Shown here in pieces: positions 9,428-20,200 of a DNA stretch of 64,000 bases. Below the pieces are notes generated by a model. The model had not been told where the DNA came from and made no database searches. It was given only the letters and a program-made list of their open reading frames with translations. This DNA comes from a virus: positions 32,001 through 96,000 of IMG/VR virus record IMGVR_UViG_3300028844_007948; one strand, 5' to 3'. Made by a program: the position numbers and the translations under genes. The first letter of the stretch is position 1. Each line of letters starts with the position of its first letter.

Positions 9428-11176
9428 ATGGCCAGAAATAGAGTAATTTATCAAAGTGAAGCGCTTTTCGTTAGCCCTAATGCTACTGGCGCACACTTTA
9501 CATGTACAGCTGTCATAACAGGAATGGGACCAACTGGAGTGGCGGGTGTCGGACCTAACCTCGGAGGTCTAGGAGGACCTTCACTAGAAAGTGGAAATGC
9601 TTTAGGATTGCATACCCTAACAAACCCTATCGGTTTGTCAGAGGACCCAATTATATTAAAAAATAGAAGCAATGACAACTTTAGTAATGCAAGATTGGCA
9701 AGGGCAAGAAGTGTTGGTATAAAAATTGGTGACCCAGGGCTTTTAGACATCATTAACATTAGTGGTGCCGCTGAAGCTTCAATAAATGAAGAATTACGTT
9801 CAAAATTTGGCTGGGAGCCAGTAGGATCACCAAGTATAAATGGAGCTTCAAATCAAAATCTAGCTAGAGCTTTAATGGCTGGCGGGCAGACTGGACAATT
9901 AGCATTCTTCTCTAGAAAAGATAATTGGGATAATGCTACTGGTGCATATTATAATGAAATCCCTGGGCCAGCTGTTAGAGATGTAATACCTGACAAAAAC
10001 CACACACCTATAGGTGTGTTTTTACAACCATGGTCTGGATCATATGAAAATATGATTTCACAGGTTCATAGAGTTCAAAGTGCTAACTATAGTTTCACTA
10101 TTAATAGAACAGATGTTAATACATTTGGACAATTGGCTAGAATAGATGCTATTGCTCTTGAGCCGCCCACAGTTAACTTAGATTTTACATATTATCCTAC
10201 GGACGGCTTCAACGAAAGAAACCTTGGGTTTTATGTTCAAGGAGAAGATGGTTTAGGAAAAGGAATGGGATCCGAAGGAAAGAATGCTGCTGCAGATCAC
10301 CTTAAGGCAGATAATGCTGGCAAGAACTTCTTCATCCTTACAACTCCTGAATCTACTGATGCATTCAATACAACAGATGCGGTTTCAGAAAGAAGTGTTA
10401 TAGGTCTCGGAAATGGATTCTTGAGTGATTACACAATCGAAGCATCTGTTGGATCAATACCTACCGCAAATACTACCATTGAGTTGTACAATGCCAAGTC
10501 AGATATCGGAACTACAGGAGTAACTATCCCTGGAATTGGCCTCAAGGATGGTGTACCTTCTAGCGGAATTAACTTCAGTCTTGGTCATCCTGAGGCATTA
10601 AGAGGTGACTACAAAGGAGCATCTCCAAGTACGGGGCTTTTTGGAACTTCCTCAATCACAGCATTGAGGCCTGGAGATATCCAACTTGAGATTCCAAATG
10701 GACTATCTATGATAGCTAAGGTTTCTGGAGAAGGATCTATACATATTCAAAACTTCAGCCTCAGTATGCCATTGAGCAGAAGCCCAATCGATAGATTAGG
10801 TACTAGGTTCGCATTTTCTAGAGTTGTAGATCTTCCTGTTACAGCATCCTTGAGTGTAAGTGCTCTAATGTCTGATGTCGGAACTGGAAACCTTGCATCC
10901 CTGCTTGATGATTGTAAAGAGCATGACATCAAAGTTAAGATGATGGGGCAAGTAGGCTGTGAATTTGGTAATCCAAAAATAGAAGCTTTAACTATAGACT
11001 TCAAAGGTGCACGTGTTGATAGTGAATCGATATCATCTGATATAGGAAGTAATAAGAGTATTGATCTTACTTTTACTACCCAAATCGGTGGGCCAGAAGA
11101 TCTTATCCATGGAGTATTTATTTCTGGAGCTAACAGGAATAAAATTCCTGAGTATGCTAATGTTCCAAACAGATAA
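9428..11176 (+). CDS. Major tail tube protein (two tube-like domains plus N-proximal insertion)
   Basis: Internally repeated pattern VQSANYSFTINRTDVNTFG / IQNFSLSMPLSRSPIDRLG. Upstream of the TMP. Has its own promoter and terminator. Confidence 0.75.
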   Translation: MARNRVIYQSEALFVSPNATGAHFTCTAVITGMGPTGVAGVGPNLGGLGGPSLESGNALGLHTLTNPIGLSEDPIILKNRSNDNFSNARLARARSVGIKIGDPGLLDIINISGAAEASINEELRSKFGWEPVGSPSINGASNQNLARALMAGGQTGQLAFFSRKDNWDNATGAYYNEIPGPAVRDVIPDKNHTPIGVFLQPWSGSYENMISQVHRVQSANYSFTINRTDVNTFGQLARIDAIALEPPTVNLDFTYYPTDGFNERNLGFYVQGEDGLGKGMGSEGKNAAADHLKADNAGKNFFILTTPESTDAFNTTDAVSERSVIGLGNGFLSDYTIEASVGSIPTANTTIELYNAKSDIGTTGVTIPGIGLKDGVPSSGINFSLGHPEALRGDYKGASPSTGLFGTSSITALRPGDIQLEIPNGLSMIAKVSGEGSIHIQNFSLSMPLSRSPIDRLGTRFAFSRVVDLPVTASLSVSALMSDVGTGNLASLLDDCKEHDIKVKMMGQVGCEFGNPKIEALTIDFKGARVDSESISSDIGSNKSIDLTFTTQIGGPEDLIHGVFISGANRNKIPEYANVPNR

Positions 11177-11196
11177 CACAGGATAACTAAAAATTT

Positions 11197-11227
11197 AAAA
11201 ACCCGCCAATTAGGCGGGTTTTTTTTT
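11197..11227 (+). terminator. Rho-independent terminator after tail tube gene
   Basis: AAAA-ACCCGCC-AATTA-GGCGGGT-T8. The A-tract on the 5' side suggests bidirectional activity. Confidence 0.9.
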
Positions 11228-11260
11228 GGATATTTTACAGATGTTTTAATTCCTTTTTAT

Positions 11261-11290
11261 GTGTAATATTAGTTAAGGAATAAGGAAATG
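11261..11290 (+). promoter_or_regulatory. GTGTAA motif plus tandem AAGGAA ribosome-binding leader of TMP
   Basis: gtgtaatattagttaaggaataaggaaATG. Same architecture and length at 25885-25914. Confidence 0.5.
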
Positions 11291-14200
11291 CCTCTAAAAA
11301 TACCAACAATACAGGTCGGACTAGAAAAGTCTATACAAAAGGCTGTAAAAAATGTCAGCGCTAGAGGGGGCTTATATTTAAGCTTAAATGATAAAAATTT
11401 CACAAGACCACTAGGCAAAATAACTGGGTCTGTAAGTGAATTTAATAGATCCTTAGAGGCTTCAAATGCTAGAGTATTAGCTTTCGGAGCTTCTGTCGGA
11501 ATGATACAAGGTGTGCAAACTGCATTTAAGGCCTTGTTGCAAACCACCATACAGGTAGAAAAGCAATTAACGGAAATTAATATCGTCATGGGACTGACGA
11601 ATAGCCAATTAGATGATTTCTCAAAAGGATTATTTAAAGTAGCAAAAAATACTGCTCAATCTTTCTCTACTGTAGCTACTGCAGCCACAGAACTAGCAAG
11701 ACAAGGTTTAACAATGGAAGAAACCTTGAAAAGGACAAATGATGCTCTCATACTGACTAGGCTGACTGGATTAGACGCAGCTAGTGCGGTGAATGGTTTA
11801 ACTGCCGCATTAAATACATTTAATAAAGCTGGTCTAGATTCTACTCAAATTTTAAGTAAAATGGCTGCCGTAGACGTGCAGTTTGCTGTTAGCACAGAAG
11901 ATTTAATAGATGCTGTTTCTAGAGCTGGTGCTGTAGCTCAAGATGCAGGAGTTAGTTTTGATGAATTACTAGGTGCTGTTACTGCAGCTCAACAAATGAC
12001 AGCTAGAGGTGGTAAGGTTATCGGTAATAGTTTTAAAACTATTTTCACCCGTGTACAAAGATCTACCACGATTAGTAGGCTTGAGGAGCTTGGAATAGCC
12101 GTAAGAGATGTAGCGGGTAACACACTCCCAGCAATTAGAGTATTAGAAAACTTATCAGCCACTTATGATAAGCTAGCAGATACTACAAAAGCTGCTGTAG
12201 CTGAACAAGTTGGTGGAGTTTTCCAAATAAACATTTTAAAAGCTGCTATAAATGACCTTTCTTCATCAAATAGCATTCTAGCTAGAGCAACTCAAATATC
12301 TGCAAGTGCAAGTGATGAAGCATACAAAAAGAATGAAATATTAAATAGATCATTATCTGCATTATCATCACAAGCAGCAACGAGTATAACTGAATTATCT
12401 AATATAATTGGAGAGATTGGATTCTCGAATCAAATAAGAGATTATCTTACATTTATAAGAGATCAGGTATCAAGCATAAATGATTTTCTCGGTCAAAAAG
12501 AAGGGGAATCTGCTGGAGCTGATTTTGCCAAAGGGCTCATTAAAGGCATAGGTAATGTTATTAGTGGTCCAGGTTTACTATTAGCGGCTGGTGTTTTAAT
12601 AAAATTATTCGCAAAAACTTCTACATTTTTAGTGGGAAGTGCTAAAGAATTGATGGGTGTTGTTAGCGCTAGCCAAAGGCAAAAACAAGTTCAAGAATCA
12701 ATAGTAGCTGTATTAGGGGAAAATAGTAGTCTTCAAAAAAGAATATTAGCCCAAGAGGGAAACAGGGCGGCACAAGAGAAGACCATATTAACATTACTTC
12801 AGGCTCAGTCTAGAGAGCAGCAAAGAATAGCTGCTACAGCAAAAGCTGTTGGACCAGCTATACTAAGAGCTGGATTTAACACCTCTTTACAAAGAGGAGG
12901 GAAGATAGCTAGTAGCGGCTTAATCCCAAACTATGTCACCCCGAAAGAAAAAGAAATGGAAAAACAGGGAGCCAGGGACGGTGGATACACTCCTGGCACC
13001 GTTAAATCCATGGACATAAAAGGAAAAGGAAGAATAATATATAATACAGCGGAAAAAGTTAAAAAATTTTCAGGAATGTCTGAGCCAGCAATATTACCAC
13101 CTTGGAGAAGTAAGGCAGGAAGAAAGTACAAAAACACATTTGAAGAAACTCACGGATTCAACCCTTATGCTAATAAAGGAATGATTCCTAATTATTCAAA
13201 ATCTAGATCTAATATTACTTTTAAGGAGATGGGGGGAGGTCAAATTGGGGGCCCCCCAAGGCAGGTCTTATTTAAATCTACGGTTGGAGGGGAGAAGTTC
13301 ACAGATGCTCAAACAATGGAGATCGTAGACCCCAAAAACGGTGGCAAAATGGGACTGCAAGTTATTTTCACTGGAGACTCTCCCTCCGAAATGAGAGGAA
13401 AAGGATACGGAAGAGAGTTGTACGAATACATGGCGAAGTATGCCAAGAGGAATGGCTACGGAGGCTTATATGGAGATATGGGGACTTCCATATCAGCAAT
13501 GAGAGTTGTAGATAGCATAGCAAAAAGAAAAAGCTTTAAAGTTGAAAAAAATCCAGACTTGAAGTTCATAAAAGATGACTTCGAAGAAGAAGGAATCTGG
13601 GGGAGCGACGACTGGACATATAGATTGTCAAACAAAGGCTTAATCCCGAATTACGGAGCATTTTCTCATGATAAAAATTTATTAGGAAGCTTACTCGCTA
13701 ATGATTTCGCCAAAGATGGAAGGATAAAATATCTTGACGCTCTTAGTTATGTTGACGAAAAAGGTTTAACATCTATATTAAAAAGCTTCAATAAATATGG
13801 AGAGCATGATGGCTGGAAGGCTTCTTGGCCTGGAATGCCCGTCAATCAGTTAATGAAGAATTTCCCCAAATACAGTACTGGCGGAAAACCTTACGATAGT
13901 GGAGCCAAAGGGCTTTACAGTGGATTAACCCCAACAAGAATAAAAGAAATATTAGAGAAGCCTGAAATAACAAGGCAATTTTATAAATATATAACTGGAA
14001 AAACATCCTCAATAGATGTGGAGTCTGGCTTGACACCTCAAGAAAAAGATTATTTTAAATCTAATTTTGGGATGGTTCCTAAATTAAAACACATAGAGGA
14101 CGGTTTCGTTTCCAGTGGGGCGAATCAAAAAAAGAAAAATCTTAATGCACTAAGATATGACTTTCTTAAAGCAGGGCCTAAAGGTGGCAGCTCCACCATG

Positions 14201-17200
14201 AGCAAAATTAAAACTCAGTTCAGGGGAACTCTATTTAAAGACCCTAAAAGAAGAGCTAATCTTTTTAGGCAAAATAATGAATTAGCACCAGATCCTATAC
14301 TGCAATTACCTTATGACCCAGGCAGGAGGCATATTGACCCCAATATAAGAATGGCGCAGCCTGGTGACTACTTAAAAGCCCAGCAATTAAAGCTTGAACA
14401 AGAAATGATGGGGTCTCAATCTGGAATTCTAAGAGGATCCTCTTTTAGAGCTAGTGATATGGGTAGAATGAGGTCAGCACTGTCATTTAATACATCAGCC
14501 AGAGATTATCAAAATAAATTTTTAGTAAACGAATTCGAAGAGTTAATGAAAGGCCAAGAAGGAAAAAGAGATCCAATGTCTTTTTCTAAAGCCGAAAGAA
14601 GAATAAGCGGAAGATTAAAAGTAAATCCAAGAATTAGGAGTTTTTACGAAAATATGACAAGAGCCACTCGATCAAAATGGGGCTTTTCTGGAGGAATGAT
14701 TCCTAATTTTGGATTAAAAATAAATGCTGGAGCCATGAAAAGCATTGGACTTCAGTCTACATTAGGTCAAGCTAAAAGTAGGCAAGAAGGAGTTATAGGC
14801 ATGTCAGAGCTGGATAAAATCCTGCAAAGTAATTTATTTAAATCAATTAAATACCTCCCGCTAAAAAGCGACACTCCAATCATGATAAAAAATGCAAGGT
14901 ATGGAGTTCATAGCTTAAAGAAAGGAGCTCCCCCACCAAAAGGATTCAAAAGTTGGAAAGATTTTGACGAGAATAGCCCACTTGGTAGAACCAGAGTGGT
15001 TTATGCTAAGCCAAAAACTGAATCTGAAAAACCTTTTAAGAGGCTTAAGCTTGAAAGAATAGAAAGTATAAACCATCAAGGAAAAACCCTTACAGTTGAC
15101 CCTAATTTAGCTAACAACGGTTTAATTCCGAACTTTATTTTTAAGAAATTAAAAACTGTATCTCAGGCCGTAAAAACATTTAAAGAGGATACTGGGGCAT
15201 TTTCAGCTGGAACCAGAAATAACATTTGGAGTACTACTCAAAATAAAATCAAGCTGAGATCTAGTAATTACGATGATGTCAGGCAATTTGTTAATAGCAA
15301 GAGTTTTAGACTATTAGATCCAGCAGAACAAAAAAGAATAAAATCCGATCTGAAAGCTCAATCCGAATCATTGAACATGAATGATGTTACCAGGCCTTAT
15401 TTTCAGTATGATGATCCTGATTACCAAGGAGCAATTCATGCAAATAAAGGTTTGATACCAAATTACTCAAAGCTTTTTTCAGAAGGAGCGAAAAATGTTT
15501 TATCTAAAAACCCTCAGTATACTGGAGCTGTTCAAGAAGCAATTCAAAGAGAGGCTTCTTTTGGATTAACCCCCAAGGTCGTGGAAGCTCACTCATTAAA
15601 GAGCTCTAAGAATCCTGGTCTTGCCGTAGTAAACCAAGAGCAGGAATCTGGAAGTTTACAAAAAGCCAGAATTCTTCATGGAGGGTTGAACCCTAATCAA
15701 AAAACTTCAGCCGTTCCCAACTATGCAAAAACACAAGTTGATGTAACCAAAGTACTACAATTAAGAAAAGAATCTGTAAGAAACATAAATGATGTAGGTT
15801 TAAATTCAGTATCTAAATCTTTTGATAGAGCGGCTAATGTGATAGATAAGTTTTCAACAAGCGTCAAAAGCGCTCAATCTTACCTCGGCCAACAAGGTAC
15901 TGAATACGCAAAATCATCAGAGTTAATTAAAGAAGCTAATCTAAGAGAAAAAGCGAGGCTCGGAACTTTAGAAAAAGAGACTTCGGCTAGAAAAAAATAC
16001 ATGAGAGAGGTTCTTAGAAAGGACTCCCTAGCGAAACTTTCTTCACGATCTGGACCAGTAGGAGAATTGGCAACACAATTTATGGGCTCTAGTAATTTTG
16101 AAAAAGATTTAAAATTCAGAATGGGGGTAGCCAAGGAAGCTAATGACTTTGAAACATTAAAAGGTCTGAAAAAGTTTGACAAGGCAATAGACGAAAGTGC
16201 CAGAGGCATGTTTAATAATGCAACCACAAAAGCTAGTATATTAAATAGCCAACTCAGAGAGAGTACAAAAGACGGAAATAAACTAAAAAGATTTCAAGGG
16301 GCAGAAGGTTTTGGCAAAAGAGAAATGAGGAAATTTTTTAGTCAAAGCTTTCTTCAAGAAAGAGGCATCCAAACACTTGACAGTAAAGAGTCCATGAATG
16401 TTATGGCTTCAATGGGAGAAAGGGGAGAAAAAGCATTTCAAGATTATGTAAAATCCCAAGGCGTAATGTCTAGCAATAAAACTTTAGCAAGAGCAGGTCT
16501 TAGAACTGGAGATTTCTCATCATTGCTTGGAGGAAATGATGGAAAAAACTTCATAAAACAATTAGAAAAGTACCAAAGAATGGTTGACGGCGGTGCTAAG
16601 GGCAAGGGCACAGCCAGAAGAGAGCTTATGAGAGAGGCTGCCAGAATTGGTGCAGATTCAGCTTCTTCAGAGAAACTCCAAAGCATGGTGCTTTCAACTC
16701 AAAAACAAGTTAAAGATGATGCTCCTAAAGGAGCACCGCAATCAGCAAGAGATAGAATATCAGGAGGAAGAATTTCTGGAGCTCTTGGATCCTTCCAGTC
16801 TGGAATGTCTGGATCTGGATTAAGATCTCAAGGGTTTATGGGACTCGTTGGGAATAGAGCAGGGCAAGGAATCAATAGATTTGGAACTGGAGCGAAAAAC
16901 TTTATGAAGGGTGGGTTTGGTGCAGCTGGTGGGCAAATGGGATTAGGCCTCTCTATAGCCGCCCCAATGTTAGCGGGCATGGTGGCAAATAAAACCCCAA
17001 GGGAAGATAGAGCCGTATTACAAAATGGACAATTTAATGTTCAGGGAACTGGAGCAGATACGGCATCTAGTACATTGATGGGTGTTGGTATGGGAGCTAT
17101 ATTTGGTGCTCCAGGCGCTATTGTAGGAGGTGTTATAGGATTTGTACAGTCTCTTACGAAGGCAACTCTAACTATAGATGAACAAATAAGAGTAAGAGAA

Positions 17201-20200
17201 AAAGAAATAGCCATCATAGGTCAAAATGTTCAAGCAGCCCAATCTCTTCAGAATTTATCATCAGCTAGGGCTGAAGCTTTTGCCGTAGGAGACTCTGATA
17301 GAATCGCAGAAATTGATACAGCAATGAATAGAGCTTTGGCTGGGGTCAATGATAAAAAAACATTAACAGCTTTAGCTGCATCAGGGGGAGATTCAGATGC
17401 TTTGTCAAAAATACAAAGACAACTACAAGATCAAATGACAAACGCTGTTAGTGTTCAGAATTTTGGAGTAGCTCTAAAGAATTCCGACCAACAAAAAGCA
17501 GCAAAAAATGCTGGAGTTGCAATGGGAGGAATGATAGCCCAAGCAATAAGAAATGAAAATGTAGATGAATCTACTGCACTAGATATATTGAGAAATATAC
17601 AGACTAGTACGGCTCAAAAAGAAAAAAGTGGAATGCTTGACACTAAAAGCCTAAATGCTTTAAGGAAAAAAGCCTCAGGAGGTCAAGAGTTAACCAGTGG
17701 ACTAGGTATGGCAGGAGGTCTTGCTGGAGGACTGATGGCTGGAGGAGCTGCCTTGAGTATGTCTGGAGTAGGCATGCCGCTTGGGTTGGCAATGGCGGCT
17801 GCAGGAGCAGGAATAGGCATATTAAGCGGAAGAGCTATTGAAAGTGGAGCAGCTAAAAGTGATTTAGAAAAACAACAAAAATTAGGATTAGATGAAATTA
17901 ACGAACTATCAAAACTAGTAGATGCTGGAGCGATGACAGAGACTGCAATGAATCAATTAGTTGCAGCTTTTAGGGAGGGAGAAATAAGCATGGGAGATAT
18001 AGCTAAAGAAGCAGAATCTGCCGTTGTAGAGTTTCAAAAAATTAAAAAAGCATCTGATAGAGCAAGCTCTGCGTTATTTAATATAGATCAATCATTCAAA
18101 AGAACTATTGGCAAAATGGTTGTTGATTTAGAAGTTAACAAGATAAGATCAGCAGCTGAATCTAACGCAAGAAAATCGAATGTTAATTTCACATCTCAAT
18201 TCATGTCGCCAATTAGTGCTAGTGATTTCTTAGCAAGAGAACAATCTAAAATATTAGCTTCGGATGCTCAAGGCAGAGTAGGACAATTTCAAAGAGAAAC
18301 AGATATTAATTTCCTTAGAGGAGTTCAATCAAAATCAAAAAGTTTAAATTTCGGCGGGCCACAAATGGAGTTCGTAAGAAAGACGGTCGAAGATCAAGGA
18401 GTTGGCTCGATAGAGTCAATGATCAGAAGAAGGGAAATGTCTGGAGTAATGAATTTAAACCTAAATACAAAAAATCTTGACGATATATTTGAAAAAGTAG
18501 GAGTAAAAGGTGGGGTCGATGCTTTCAATAAAGATAGCAAAATAACAATGCCAGAAAACTTGAACGAACTGAAAGACCTTCTTGGCACTGGAGATAAAGA
18601 TGAACAAAAAAGAATAATGGATGAGCTTGTCGCAAACCTACCTAAGGCAAGACAAGAAGGATCCATGCAAACTAAATTTACAAGAGCTCTTGAAGGAGCA
18701 GATGTTCAAACTTTAACAGAAATAATAGATTTAAGGAAAGAGCAGTTTAGAATTGTTCAGGAGCAAATACTGGCTGAAAGAAAAAATTTAAGCATACAAA
18801 TAGCTCAACAAAAAATACAAACACAAATACAGGCGAAGCTTGAAAGCTTAAGGCAGGAATCTTCAAATAGAAGTATGGCCTTAGACACTAATATGATAGG
18901 TGTGAGAGGGAGGGCTGATACAAACAGATCACTCACTGGTTTTGAAGCTCAATCTCCTATTTTTAGAGGAATGTCTTCTGACGCGGAAGAGTCAAAAAGA
19001 CAGACTGGTCTAAGAAAAAGAGTTTTTGATGAAGATATAAAAGTTAGAAAAGCTGAAGCTTTAAATATGTTAAAAAAAGAGGCTGTCAGACTTTTATCTG
19101 AGAAAAATTTAGTTGATGCATTAAATGATTTAAAATCATCAATAGAAAAAGAAACTGATTTTGCAGCTACAGAAGGAAATCAAGTAGGCTCACAAAAAGG
19201 GCAACAGATTCCAGTAAAGACTGAGCCGTCATCCGCAGCCAGTTCGGCATCTGGAGCGGGAGCTGGAAAAAGTCCAGCTGTAAAAATGGGAAAACAAATG
19301 TCTTCGTTTAAAACGAGCGGAAACAATGAGGAAGGCTCAAAGAGGATAAAGGAAATAGGAAAAAAGATAGATCAAAATAATATAGAAATAAAAACTCAAG
19401 AGAGTAAGCTGAACACTGAAAGTAGTGTAGAAGACACACTAGCAACAAAACTTAAAAAATATAAAGGTGTATTAAAACAACTTGAAAACTTAAATAACTT
19501 GCCTGAAAACAAAACCTCTTTCAGTAAGCCTGGCAATCTATTCAAACGTAACGAACGAGATGATTCAAGAGAAAGCGCAAAAAGAAAACTTCAAGATTTG
19601 GATCTTAATCAATTTTCAAAAGTTACAGGAACTCGCCTTGATGTTTTTGATGGATTTGATTCAGGAGATTCTGGGGGGAGCTATGTACAAACTAGCAGGG
19701 ATGCAACTGATGCCGAAATGATCAAATCAATGACAGATCTTGTTGAAAAAACAGAATCCCAACTACAAGAGACTAGAAGTAAAAAAGGATCTACAGAGAG
19801 TGCTATAGAAAAAGCTAAATCAGAAATCCAAGAACAAAAAAAGCAGATCGAAGAAATAGAAAAGCAAATGGCAGAAGGTGTTGTTGAGCTTTCTGACACT
19901 CTTAAAGGCCAAAATATAAGTTTAAAAAACATCAATGTAGAAAAGACAGCAAATTTAACTAAAGATTTATTTAAGGCTGATTCAATAGAAGGACTTACCG
20001 AAACTCTAAATAAGAATTTAGAAGATATTAAGGCTAATGACCCTTCTGGACAAATAGCTCTTCAGCTTCAAGGATGGGGAGAGTTGGTTAACAATGTTGG
20101 AGCTAGTCTAGATGATGCCGTTCGAGCATTTAACGTAGAAGAGGCTAAGAGAGCTCAAGAAGAATTTAATAGAAATTTGACATTTTCAAATTATTCAAGC

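Noticed and set aside
12908-15724. TMP inserts as inteins or a CRISPR-like array
   Set aside because: No Cys/Ser...His-Asn intein termini or LAGLIDADG motifs. Repeats are conserved as peptide rather than DNA, spacers are 230-600 bp and in frame, and no cas genes are present.
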